Shown here piece after piece: positions 27,805-39,953 of a DNA stretch of 64,000 nucleotides (positions within the stretch are counted from its first letter, which is position 1; each line of letters begins with the position of its first letter). This DNA is from Stegostoma tigrinum (Eukaryota). Position numbers and translations under genes: made by a program. The notes under the pieces are model-generated. The model made no database searches, was not told the origin of the DNA, and worked only from the letters and a program-made list of their open reading frames with translations. The stretch lies in assembly GCF_030684315.1 (NCBI RefSeq), contig NC_081370.1, forward strand, positions 36,660,728-36,724,727, given 5' to 3'.

Positions 27805-28002
27805 CCACACTGTGTGGAGCTGGAGGAACACAGAAGTTCAGGCAGCAGAGAAGCAGGAACATTGGTGTTTCGGGTGAAGAAGGGTCCGGAACCCAAAGTG
27901 TCAACTTTCCTGTTCCTCTGATGCTGCCTGACCTGCTGTGTTCCTCCAGCTCCAAACTGTGTTGTCTCTGACTCCAGCATCGGCAGTTCTTACTATCTCC
28001 GA
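27805..28002. mobile_element. PLE-derived mini fold-back element with TSD
   Basis: Inverted arms meeting at a hammerhead remnant (tgaagaagggtccggaacccaaagtgtc); tail on the right. TSD catttcagtgta 27793-27804 / catttcactgta 28003-28014. Confidence 0.8.
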
Positions 28003-28481
28003 CATTTCACTGTAAGAAATATTGGGTCAAAGAGACCAAAAACTTCATGGTCAAAAAGGGAGTCTACTAAGGAATGACTTAAAGGAGGGGAGAGAAGTTT
28101 TGCTCTGCCTGCATTATTTATTCTTTAACTACTACGTTCTCAATCAGAAATTAAAATGTGTAATTAGAAATGGGAACAGCCAGTCTTAGACTGTATACTG
28201 TAAAGGATTAACTTCTAAACGTATACATGAAAGTTATTTTAATGATTAATGTGATAGATGATATGATAATGGCAAATAAAGAAAGAAGCAAAGGCCTAGA
28301 TTTTGCACTAAACTGACTGAAGCTATTTAGTGTGATGTAAATACAGCACTACTTTGAGAAATCCTCATATTTTAGTAACATCCCTTCACTACACACATTG
28401 TCTAAGTCTCCACAGAGCAATAGAAACTGGATAAAAACAGTCTGAGAATTCCATCAATTAACGGCATAGAATGATATTTAC

Positions 28482-28665
28482 CATTGAACATTGAATTCAA
28501 CATGTGCGTCAAAGAGAGCAACAACAGGAGCTGTCGCTGCTCTCCAGCCACTGACCCGTGATCGGATTAACCCTTCTTGCTTTGTGTGTCTGATCACCTT
28601 TACAAAGCCTGGCTGACGTGTGTTTGTTTCATCAATGTAAGCTTGCAATTTCTCTTTGAGTTCAT
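28482..28665 (-). CDS. GALNT18: GALNT18-like coding exon (probable exon 4), carries DxH motif, not in ORF track
   Basis: tttgcag|AT GAA...CAA TG|gtaaat; 184 nt. DELKEKLQAYIDETNTRQPGFVKVIRHTKQEGLIRSRVSGWRAATAPVVALFDAHVEFNVQW. Confidence 0.95.
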
Positions 28666-29798
28666 CTGCAAATTGAAGAAATATCAGTCATTATTAACAT
28701 CATACTCAAGCCTCCGAGCCAACTGGAACTGCAATTTGCATTTGTATAGTGCCTTCAGCATTATAAAGCATGTAAGCCTTCTCCAGAGATGGTTCAGTTG
28801 CAAATTGCCATTGAGCTATTTACAGTTGCACATCGGGATAAAAGTTACATGCTCTGGGTATTGGAAACCTGAAATAAAAATAGAAATACTTAGAAGTACT
28901 CAGCAGGGTTGACAGAATTTGCACATTCCTTTCACCATCACTCCCTTCATCCTGTTATCTCACTCCATCATGATATTCCCTAACTTCTTCACATCCTTTG
29001 CCTTTGTACTTGCTTAAATCCAAATAATTATTTAATACTTTTCAGTCCTGGTTAAGGTCATCACCTTGAAACATTAGCATTGTCGCTCTATCCAAAGGTT
29101 TTGCTGGATCTGCTGTGTATTCTTTTTTCTATTGGTTTATGGGATGTATAGACATTGCTGGCTGCACAAGCATTTATTGTGCATCCACAACTGAAGAAAG
29201 AGATTCCTGATTTTTATTCATTGAATTTAAATATCACTATCAGGGTTTTAAACTTTAGAATTTTAACTTGGGGTTCTGGTATACGAGTACAGCGACATTT
29301 CCACTACTCCTCTAACGTGTCCCTCATTTGTAATACTTCTCGTACTTATGTCAGAAAATGTTAGGACAGATGACCAAAACACCTGCCAAAGAGGTAGGTT
29401 GTCAACAGTATATTAGAAGGAAAGAAAGACATGGAGAGGCAAGGAGGTTTACGCAGGAATTCCAATGCTTAGACACTAATATTTGAAGGGGAGAGAATTG
29501 AGAATGTTTAAGAGACCAGAGTTTGAAGCATGCAGAAATTTCAGGGGTTTGTAGAGCTAGAGAGGTTGCAAAGATAGAGAGAGGCTGAAGTCATGGAAGG
29601 GTTTGTAAACAAGACTGAGAATCTTATTCTAATTGGTCTCCCATGCTTTGGTCTGCAATGCAATGACTCTGTGTTGGTCTGAAGTATGATTACGGATTTC
29701 AGGGGATACTGAATCAACAGTATCTTTTATATCCTGCTCAATTTTTAACTCCCAAGAATGGTGTCATCCAATTGCTTCTCACTTTTCCTGTTTGTGAC

Positions 29799-30405
29799 TG
29801 TGACACTGCTGTCCTATAGAAAGGTCATTTATCCTGTTTTTATTTAAGGGGGATTGTAAAGGCAGAGATGTCAAGGAGTCTAGGGAGCTAGGAAGCTAAA
29901 ACAGTTTAACAATGGAAGGGGAGCAGCCACTTATCCCAGTGAGGACTTTCTATATTTTTTTAAGCTGTAGCAGTCACAAAATGTTTTGGGTCCAGAAGAA
30001 TTGCAAGCTTCAGGAAAGGATTCCGAACTAACTTTATCTGAAATCTCTCTAGATGTTGTTCCCTACCGACTGTAAGAATCTGTGTTTGAATTTACCTTTT
30101 TGCCAAGTGGTGTGTTTATGGGATGTTGCTATATTGGAAGAGTTAATTAGTAAAGTTGCTGTATTGGGTTGGTTAAGTTTTCCAATAATTAAGTTACTCT
30201 AAATTCCTATTTCTTTTGTTTGTGTCTCAACTGTAGTGTTTAAATAAATTCTGTTTTACTTAAAGCCAAGTAGTTTGGCCAGTTCCATCACACCTGGAAC
30301 ACCCACTTCACATCTACCCTTAAAATAAGAAAAAGTTAGGGTCTAGGTTACCTTCTTAAAATATTTTGAGGTGGGGGGGGGGCGTGGTCTGGCTTGGTCC
30401 ATAAC
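29799..30405 (+). mobile_element. Probable solo LTR
   Basis: Starts TGTGAC, AATAAA at ~30243, ends ggtccataac. Terminal ~90 bp is homologous to the rc of 44097-44180. Possible TSD tgtgac/tgtaac. Confidence 0.55.
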
Positions 30406-31699
30406 TGTAACCAACAAGTAAATCACAACATTCAGTAGATGCAGAAATGAAGCTGAGAAATTATTATAGGTTTCTCAGTTTATTTATTCGTGTATCTCCC
30501 CCAAAAGACGATGGTAAAACAATTCAATCAGCAAAACTGTCTTCACCACACTGACTCTGTAAACAACGCCATGAACCTGTTTATTGTATGGGAGTGCGAG
30601 GATAGTTAGACAAGAGCTGAATACATCATTAATCAAATTTTTTCATTGTCTTCAGTGAATGATGACACCAGAAAACATTCTCCATGGAAGAGGCAGCACT
30701 AGTTCAATAGTGCAGCGTCAACAATTTCTTCAGTCAGCATTGCCTTTCTGTCACCCCTTACACCATTTCTGCTGGTCAGAATCCCCACAGGTAACAATGC
30801 AGTTATACAGCACCTTTAATGTAAACACTAAATGGACAAATTATCAAACAACATTTGACACGAAGCAACATGGGGAGTCATGGGGGCAGGTGGCCAAAGC
30901 TTAGTCAAAGAAGTAGGTTTTAAGAAGCATCTTAAGACAAAATGGAGACATTTAAGGAGAGAATTCACAGTTTATGACCTAGATGTGCATGTAACATACA
31001 CTTGGGTCCTAAAACCTTAAATAGTAGATACATTAAAAATACATGTCATGTTTACAATGTAACATTAAAAGAAAATGATGTAAGTGAAAAGGGATAAAGA
31101 AGGAAGGGATGGAAAATTAATGGGAGAGGGGGTTGTTGAAAGCGTAAGCATAAAATAAACAGTTCTGCACACTCAGTATTTTCAATGGTGTGGAATGATA
31201 AAATGATAGATGAATCCCACTTTCCCAACACACGGCATGATCCACTAAGAATCTACAAATAACAAAAAATGAGTGCTCAAACTGATCAAGTTCATCTCAT
31301 CTCTATGCTGTTCATATCAGGAAAGCTCATTGATTGTCCAAGAGACAGAGAGAGCTAACTGAAGGGGATCTGTCTGACCTGTCACTGACACTAAATGATT
31401 GTGTGTTAGAATGAGAGCAGTGGGCAAATCGCTTCCTTAAACAGCAATTTGTATTGATCCTGCACCTCAGTTAACTACTAAAACATTGACAACTTAAAAA
31501 CTCTAACCTCTTTTTGAGACAATGCTGGATCATACATTCCTTTCTGATGATATTTTCAACTTTAGGTTGACAGACAGGCTCTAAAGACCTAAACAAGCTA
31601 ATCTACCTCACTGGCCTTGGTGGAATTATTTTATCTGCTAATAAGCTAGCCCTTCACCATAAGTTTTTAATTTCCACAATGATACTGGATGTGGTAGTA

Positions 31700-32125
31700 G
31701 AACAAATGCCTTCTAGAAATTTAAGTACAGTACATCCACTAGTCCCTCTTTATCCAAGCACCTGTTAACTATTCAAGATGTCCAATAGATTGACAAACAT
31801 GATTTCCCTTTCACAAAACCATGTTGACTCTGCCTGATTACCTTAAGTTTATCTAAGTGCCAGTCTTCAATTTTTTTAATAATACCTTCTGCTAACATTT
31901 TCCAGCGGTAGATGTTAGGCTAACTGGCCTGTGGGTTCCTGCTATCTATCTCCATTGCTTTTTGAATAAAACAGTTGAATTTGCCTTCTTTGAATCTAAT
32001 GAGGCATTCCTTAAATCTAAGGAATTTTGAAGAATTAAAGCAGTGCACCAAGTACCTCGCTAGCCCCTTCTTTTAAGACCCTGTTATGAAGTTCATCAGG
32101 ATCCAGGTACTTTTCAGCTCATAGT
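31700..32125 (-). mobile_element. CR1 RT fragment
   Basis: rc of SQHGFVKGKSCL (catgatttccctttcacaaaaccatgttgact) and RPVSLTS (gatgttaggctaactggcct). Confidence 0.8.
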
Positions 32126-32180
32126 TCCGACAATTTACCACTTCCATCTTGGTAATCCACCACAAACCAATTCTCTACTA

Positions 32181-32812
32181 TCACCATGTCAGCCCTGATC
32201 ACTGCAAACCATGTATCAGGAAGCAAACACTTAGAAACCATAATCCCCAATTGTGGATTCCAAATGTTACAAGGGACTGTTGTTAATACAACTACCCTAG
32301 GGGTACAGAGATAGTAGGAACTGCAGATGCTGGAGAATCTGAGATAACAAGGTGTAGAGCTGGATGAACACAGCAGGCCGAGCAGCATCATAGAAGCAGG
32401 AAAGCTGACGTTTCGGGGCTAGACCCTTGTCCCATCAATTTAGGAGGGTAATAATGAATAAAAGCAATTTAACATGGGACAGTGAGGGGAAAGATTAGGA
32501 GGGAAATTAATGCCTTTCCACAGAGACTGGTTGAAGACACCATTGTATATTTTAGGGGAAAGTTGGATAAAATTTGTTGCAAAAAAATACAGGATTATGA
32601 GGAAGGGAGGAACATGATGGGGTTAATCTACTGGAAAACCAGCACAAAGCCTATTGGATGAATGGCCTCCTTCTTTCCTGATTCTGGGCCAAAATGAGAG
32701 CTGAGAAATTTCATCAATAAAATATTATGATAATGTATTTTTTGAGTTGTAATTCTGTTCAAAGAAATAATTCTTTAAAGGAATGTGGCTGTTGCAGGTG
32801 AGGCTAACATTT
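32181..32812. repeat. Left arm of a local inverted duplication
   Basis: 32181-32256 and 32433-32812 are the reverse complement of 34281-34356 and ~33886-34253. Confidence 0.85.
32306..32429 (-). mobile_element. PLE pLTR 3' fragment truncated in the hammerhead
   Basis: gagatagtaggaactgcagatgctggag...gctgacgtttcggggctagaccctt. Confidence 0.85.
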
Positions 32813-33885
32813 CTTACCATTGCCGGTGAACCACCTACTGGAGCCACAATATTCATATTCCACAGGTACACCCAGTGTGCAGGTGGGCAGGGAATTGTAG
32901 GAAACCTGACATATTACACCTCCTGCACACTATAACGTAACCCATCCCTGCCTCACCACCACCAGTAGCAAGCACACAATTCTGGCCCAAGCCATTCTGA
33001 ACAAAGAAAACTGGCCATTGTTATCTGCTCATGCCACCAGGGACCGCCCTTACCCTTACTTACTATTTAAACAGAAGTCATTTCTACTCCAGAAAGTATT
33101 CACAAGCAGGGGGGGGTAGGGGAGGGATTGAGAGTAGAATGAATGAGCCACACTTCTCTCTATCCTTCAGTATGTTTGGCCCCAGGGCTCTGCTCTCAAG
33201 GAACAATCTTTAATTCTATTGACTGGCAATCACACAGAGCACGTCACTCTGTGAACTGAAAGTGGTTCCACAATCTTCCACAGACAGACACAAAGCTGGA
33301 GGGGTGTAAGCTGCTCCATGTTTCGTGTGCTGTGTGCAAGACCCAACTAAAAATAACAGCTACAAAGCAGATTTCAGTCACCGCAAGACCCTTGTCATGT
33401 GTTTTTCTGCATCAGAATCACCTCTTGGTGGCTCAGATGTTGTCACACTGGAGTGATTTTAAAAACACCTTGCTCGCCTGTGCACTACAGAATGTGAAGA
33501 TTTTATATCATACACACCAGAATAGACACAGAGCTATTACTGGTAAATACTGAATCATCAGAACAGGAATAGAACATTCTCTCCAATGATTCACCATTTG
33601 TTAGTTGTGGCACTTAAAATAACTCCACAGAGGCTGATAGCCCATCACCAAGTCAACAGTTTTTTTGATTTAGAGCCCCAATCAGGGAACTCCCATTCTA
33701 TCAAGCACTTGATGCACTGCTTTAATTCTTCAAAATTCCTTAGATTTAAGGACCTCCTAACAGTCATTACAGCACAGTCTTTAATATATTCAGTTCACTT
33801 TCCCTCTTCTTCTGTGTATTCATGAAAGGATAAGTTGCTGCCTGAATTTTAAATACCTGATTGATCTTGTGCTGCGATTTAGAAT

Positions 33886-34356
33886 AAGTGTTATTCTCGC
33901 CTACAACAGCCACAATCCTTGAAAGAATTATTTCATTGAACAGAATTACAACCCAAAAAATACATTCTCGCTATACTTTATTAATGAGATTTTTCAGCTC
34001 CTGCTTTGTCCAGAATCAGGAAAGAAGGAGGCCATTCAGCCAATAAGCTTTGTGCTGGCCTTCCATGTTGTTGCTCCATTCATCATAATCCTTTATACTT
34101 TGAATCAAATTTTATCCAGCATTCCCCTAAAAAAAATGGTGTCTTAACCACTCTCTGTGGTAAGGCAATCTATCCCTCCCAGTCTCTCCCCTCACTGACC
34201 CAGTGACCATCTTAAATTGCTTTTTTTTTCATTGTTACCCTCTTAAATTGATGCAAAATAATAAATGGTAACTGTGCAGACCACAATTGGGGGGTATGGT
34301 TTCAAAGTGATTGCTTCCTGATACGTGGTTTGCAGTGATCAGGGCTGACATGGTGA
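33886..34356. repeat. Right arm of a local inverted duplication
   Basis: See left arm; the outer 76-bp block has 5 mismatches by manual alignment. Confidence 0.85.
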
Positions 34357-34609
34357 CTCAGTCCCTGGTGAGACCATTGTGCCAGCTAGAATAGGCATTC
34401 ACATCCAAAATATGATGCTTGACAATGACCATTAAAGTGTATCAGCCACAATAATCAAATAATCTCTCATATGGTCTGCTCTTTATCTCATTATTTGCAT
34501 ACCCACTGCAGAGTTCCCAGCATATGAGCCATTCTTGTAGCTCCAGTATTTAGACGGCTGGACCAAACCAGAAGCTGAACCAGAACAGCCATAAAAGTCA
34601 CAGGCTCAG

Positions 34610-35200
34610 AATTCATACAATCATAGAGACAGAGTCATACAGCATGGAAACAGACCCTTTAGTCCAACAAGTATGTGCCGACCATAATCCCAAACTAACC
34701 TGCCTGCGATTGGCCTATATCGCTCCAAAGTCACTTACTTATTTAAATGTCTTTTAAATGTTGTAACTGTTTGTGTATCCGTCACTTCATCTGGAAGTTC
34801 ATCCTACACATGAACTACAATTAAAAATATTGCCGCTCATGCCTTTTTTAAATCTTTCCCCTTTCACCTTAAAAATATGGCCCATAGTCTTAAAATTCCC
34901 CACCCTAGGGAAAAGAAACCTGCCATTCACCTTACTTATACCCTTCATGATTTTATAAACCTCTGTTAGGTCACCTCTCAACCTCCTATGCTCCAGTGAA
35001 AGAAGTCCCAGCCGATCCAGCCTCTCCTTATGGCTCAAACCCTCCATTCCTGGCAACATCTAGTAAATCTTTTATGAACTTTCTCCGGCTTAATAATATC
35101 CTTCCTATAGCATGGCGACCAGAACCGCACCCAGTGCTCTAGAAAAGGCATCACCAACATCCTGTGCAACCTCAACATGACGTCCCAACTCCTATACTCA
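34610..35200 (-). mobile_element. CR1 (HER1-like) 3' end
   Basis: MLPGMEGLSHKERLDRLGLLSLEHRRLRGDLTEVYKIMKG. Confidence 0.9.
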
Positions 35201-35680
35201 AGTGAGTAACATTCTGACTCACTAAAGCCTGCCCATCATGTACAAGGCATATCAGGAGCATGATGGAATACTCTCCGTTCACCGTACAGCTTTGCAAATA
35301 CTCAAGAAACTTGGCATTATCCAGGACAAAGCTTGATTGTCATTTCATCCTCCACATTTGGCATTCACTCTCCAACTCCAACACATTGTCCACCACTGGC
35401 CTTATAATGCAATACACACTTTGTTGTAACTGTGCGTAACACCACAGGAGGTCAAATAATATTTATAGAATAGAACAAAGGACAATAATCACCATTGTAA
35501 TTTACTCCAGAAGACTTTGAAATAAATAGAGTAGATTTACAGATGGATTTATTGAGATAAAGGAATAGTTAGAAGGAAAGATTGAGAATTCTACTAATGA
35601 TTAGCTGGGCCTAATTAACACATGATGTACAATAAAAAGCTGTGATACATTCCAACCACAAACAATTACCACCCACTTAC

Positions 35681-35847
35681 CATTGTTACTGTGGTCATCG
35701 ACTAGCACAATCTCCTTGAGAAGGTGAGCTGGGGTTTTAGATATCACTGAGTGCATAGACCGTAGAACAACAGAAGGAGCTTCATTAACAAAGATAAAGA
35801 CCACGCTGATTTGAGGGAGGTTCACTGGGTAGGTGAGGTTGTTGCAT
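35681..35847 (-). CDS. GALNT18: GALNT18-like coding exon (probable exon 3)
   Basis: tgttttag|A TGC...AAT G|gtaagt; 167 nt. [54 protein letters not shown] is the start of the GT-A fold. Confidence 0.95.
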
Positions 35848-37644
35848 CTAAAACAACACAATCAGAAATAAAAAATTAGTCTTGTGGAATATAATTTAAA
35901 AACTTCTCTCTTTTTCACACTAAATTCATGTTCCATCTTGAAACTACAAACTGTAATGGAGTGTGAAGGAACTTTATTTCATCTCAATACTGAAGATATG
36001 AGCTTGATTCAGAGTCACATGTGGAAGATTCTCACATTGCTTTGCTCCAAAGTTCAGAATTGGCAATTTCAATTGAATGTTGCCATTTTAAAGAGTTTGT
36101 GAGAAAGGAGAGAGTCTGTGCAAACATTTTTTTATAGGTGGTAGGACGAGTTGAAAAAGCTTGGTATTGTAAGTAGAGACAATGAGTATGCAAGGAAAAA
36201 AAATGTAAACCTTTATAAAAAGATTGGTTAGTCCAGATAAAATATTGCATATAATTCTGGCAACTGCACTTTAGGAAACAAGTCAAAGTATAGGACAAGG
36301 TGGAGACTAGAATACTGAAGGGATGAAGCACTCCATTTAAGGCAAAAAGCTGAAAAAGGTTAAGGGTAAATTTGTCCTTTAAGGAAGGAAAACCTCACCT
36401 ATAACCAGTCTGGGTATGTAGGTGACTCCAGTCACATATCAATGTTGACTATTCACTACTTTCTGAAATGCGTTTCAGCATCTCAGTTATACTAAGCCTC
36501 AGGTAGAAGACTCATCACGAACTTCTCAGGACAACTATTAATATTCTAAGATATCAACAATGCCCACATCCCAAAAACAAAGGTAAAATCAATTCACACA
36601 GCATCAAAATCATCAGGCCACTTTTGTCAGACCATTTTAATCCTTTCTCCATTTCATTGCTGCATTTTCATGCACTGGTGTGAAGAGCTTGCTTTTGTAT
36701 CTTGCTGTCTGTGTGACATGAGTTGTAATCTCTTCATTCTGGAGTTACTTATTATTTTGAACCAGTTTTCACGAAACATCCAGAACTTTTCTGGATCTTT
36801 CTAATTGTCCATGGGAAGACCAGATGCGATGATCTTGTGAAGCCTTCCCTGGCAGAAGGCAAGCAAGGTTTTCAGAGTTACTTTCTCGGGATAGCTACCT
36901 GACCTCCAGTGGCTTTACTCAGAATTAGGTCAAGGGCTGGGTTGTAGTTATTTCAGGATATACAGCACCCTCCCACTTCCCACCTCAGCACTACATAATT
37001 AAATAGACAGAGGGAATGTTGTGAAAGCTCAGAGGTGGACACAGTAAAACTTTCACAAGATGTTAACTCTCACAGAGGCAGCCTTTAAACCAAATAAGCA
37101 ATTAATTCTAGCTGTTCAACTGTGGACAATCTTTAGGTGCCAGAGCTTCAGGCTTCTATCCAGTCTTTACATACTCTGCAGGCAGATCATACCACACATC
37201 AGGTAGCAGAACAGAGTGCAAAATATAGTGTTCTTGCTGCAGAGAAGGTCCAGAGAGAGAGGTCAACTCTTGGGTTTTCTATGCCTGTTCACCCAGTATA
37301 ACAACATACAGAACTAATAAATGTTACAATAACAGTGGCACATGTGAAACCACGAACAGCAAAATCTTCGTAAAAATTCTTCAAAAATGTTAATATAATG
37401 GATCATTAATGAATCGATAACAGAGACATCAAACACTTCATATCTCTTAACTCTGTGCAAATGAACAGTAAAATATCGACAAAAGAAATGTCACAAGGAA
37501 TCACTTACTATAACTGCTTAAAGATGACAATCAAGCAAGCTCAACAGTTCTCTCCAGCAGCCAAAACAAACTCACACACAGGTAATAAAATGTGAGGCTG
37601 GATGAACACAGCAGGCCAAGCAGCATCTCAGGAGCACAAAAGCT

Positions 37645-37672
37645 GACGTTTCGGGCCTAGACCCTTCATCAG
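37645..37672 (-). ncRNA. Minimal hammerhead ribozyme core, sense to the GALNT18 pre-mRNA
   Basis: Exact reverse complement of 39099-39126. Confidence 0.7.
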
Positions 37673-38364
37673 AGAGGGGGATGGGGGGAGGGAACTGGAA
37701 TAAATAGGGAGAGAGGGGGAGGCGGACCGAAGATAGAGAGTAAAGAAGATAGGTGGAGAGGGTGTAGGTGGGGAGGTAGGGAGGGGATAGGTCAGTCCAG
37801 GGAAGACGGACAGGTCAAGGAGGTGGGATGAGGTTAGTAGGTAGCTGGGGGTGCGGCTTGGGGTGGGAGGAAGGGATGGGTGAGAGGAAGAACCGGTTAG
37901 GGAGGCAGAGACAGGTTGGACTGGTTTTGGGATGCAGTGGGTGGAGGGGAAGAGCTGGGCTGGTTGTGTGGTGCAGTGGGGGGAGGGGATGCACTGGGCT
38001 GGTTGAGGGATGCAGTAGGGGAAGGGGAGATTTTGAAACTGGTGAAGTCCACATTGATACCATATGGCTGCAGGGTTCCCAGGCGGAATATGAGTTGCTG
38101 TTCCTGCAACCTTCGGGTGGCATCATTGTGGCAGTGCAGGAGGCCCATGATGGACATGTCATCAAGAGAATGGGAGGGGGAGTGGAAATGGTTGGCGACT
38201 GGGAGGTGCAGTTGTTTGTTGCGAACTGAGCGGAGGTGTTCTGCAAAGCGGTCCCCAAGCCTCCGCTTGGTTTCCCCAATGTAGAGGAAGCCGCACCGGG
38301 TACAGTGGATGCAGTATACCACATTGGCAGATGTGCAGGTGAACCTCTGCTTAATGTGGAATGT

Positions 38365-38874
38365 TCCCACACCTCCTCCCTCACCCCCATCCCAGGCCCC
38401 AAGATGACATTCCACATTAAGCAGAGGTTCACCTGCACATCTGCCAATGTGGTATACTGCATCCACTGTACCCGGTGCGGCTTCCTCTACATTGGGGAAA
38501 CCAAGCGGAGGCTTGGGGACCGCTTTGCAGAACACCTCCGCTCAGTTCGCAACAAACAACTGCACCTCCCAGTCGCAAACCATTTCCACTCCCCCTCCCA
38601 TTCTCTTGATGACATGTCCATCATGGGCCTCCTGCACTGCCACAATGATGCCACCCGAAGGTTGCAGGAACAGCAACTCATATTCCGCCTGGGAACCCTG
38701 CAGCCATATGGTATCAATGTGGACTTCACCAGTTTCAAAATCTCCCCTTCCCCTACTGCATCCCTCAACCAGCCCAGTGCATCCCCTCCCCCCACTGCAC
38801 CACACAACCAGCCCAGCTCTTCCCCTCCACCCACTGCATCCCAAAACCAGTCCAACCTGTCTCTGCCTCCCTAA
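38365..38874 (+). pseudogene. 5'-truncated PLE GIY-YIG endonuclease domain (mirrored on minus strand in left arm)
   Basis: FTCTSANVVYCIHCTRCGFLYIGETKRRLGDRFAEHLRSV...RRLQEQQLIFRLGTLQPYGIN; no RT and no native start. Confidence 0.9.
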
Positions 38875-39098
38875 CCGGTTCTTCCTCTCACCCATCCCTT
38901 CCTCCCACCCCAAGCCGCACCCCCAGCTACCTACTAACCTCATCCCACCTCCTTGACCTGTCCGTCTTCCCTGGACTGACCTATCCCCTCCCTACCTCCC
39001 CACCTACACCCTCTCCACCTATCTTCTTTACTCTCCATCTTCGGTCCGCCTCCCCCTCTCTCCCTATTTATTCCAGTTCCCTCCCCCCATCCCCCTCT

Positions 39099-39126
39099 CT
39101 GATGAAGGGTCTAGGCCCGAAACGTC
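39099..39126 (+). ncRNA. Minimal type I hammerhead ribozyme core (PLE pLTR)
   Basis: CTGATGA-a-GGG tctagg CCC-GAAA-cGTC; helix III is the palindrome ACGU; helix I is weak (about 2 bp). Confidence 0.7.
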
Positions 39127-39418
39127 AGCTTTTGTGCTCCTGAGATGCTGCTTGGCCTGCTGTGTTCATCCAGCCTCACATTTTATTATCTTGGAATCTC
39201 CAGCATCTGCAGTTCCCATTATCTCTCACACACAGGTAATCCTTTTATGAGCCTGGGCTCTCAGCCAAGCTACACTGTGCATATCTGGCAGTGATTTGTG
39301 TGCCAGGATCAGTTGATTAAATTAAACATGTTTCTCTGGTTATTCATAATCCAGAGAATTCAGAATGTACTCAAGCAGCATACATTTGCAAAGTGCCAAA
39401 CAAAATGTCTACAGTTCA

Positions 39419-39625
39419 GAGATAGACGCTGGAGAATCTGAGATAACAAGATGTAGAACTGGATGAACACAGCAGTCCAAGCAGCGTCGGAGGAGCAGGA
39501 AAGCTGATGTTTCAGGCCTAGAATCTTCTTCAGAGAAAGTGTTTGAAGAAGGTTCTTGGCCTGAAACATCAGCTTTTCTGCAAATGCTGCTTGGCCACCT
39601 GTGTTCATCCAGCTCTACACCTTGT
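39419..39625. mobile_element. PLE-derived mini fold-back element with TSD
   Basis: Inverted arms each ending at a hammerhead remnant; tail on the left. TSD tgtctacagttca 39406-39418 / tgtctacaattca 39626-39638. Confidence 0.82.
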
Positions 39626-39853
39626 TGTCTACAATTCAATGTGTTTCTGCTATTGGTCCACAATTACGAAACAATACTGAGCGCTCCAAAAACTTCACAA
39701 CAATCATTTTAAACAACTACATTCATAGACAAGGATCCATTTTCTGAAAACAAAAATGAATTTGTTCAAGCCGAGTGTCTTTCTGAATTACCCAGAAGCC
39801 TGGGGAACTTAAAGTGCCTCATTGCTTTCTCCGTGGCAATGTCTTGGTGAATC

Positions 39854-39953
39854 AGTCCTGAAGAAGGGCAATACCTGAAATGTTGACTACTCCTTTCCTC
39901 CAGATGCTGCCCAGCTTGCTGTGTTCTTCCAGCCTCCTGTTTGTCTACCTTGG
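39854..39953 (+). mobile_element. PLE pLTR fragment beginning at a hammerhead with a clear helix I
   Basis: agtc-CTGAAGA-agggcaatacct-GAAA-tgtt-gact. TSD cttggtgaatcag 39843-39855 / cttggtcaatcag 39949-39961. Confidence 0.75.

Larger units (their letters stand above)
37583..39224. mobile_element. Young palindromic Penelope-like (Neptune-type) insertion
   Basis: Arms 37583-38364 and 38407-39188 (782 bp, 2 mismatches found by eye), 42-nt spacer, 36-nt tail 39189-39224. TSD ctcacacacaggtaat at 37571-37586 and 39225-39240. Confidence 0.95.

Noticed and set aside
37815-38956. Eight overlapping 120-215 aa ORFs on both strands as a novel bidirectional gene
   Set aside because: They are mirror images produced by the palindrome; only the truncated GIY-YIG frame is meaningful, and its apparent N-terminus is antisense sequence from the other arm.
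37583-39224. Palindrome as an assembly or chimeric-read artefact
   Set aside because: It has a 16-bp TSD, an asymmetric tail, arm mismatches and the same plan as older diverged copies. Spanning reads should still confirm it.
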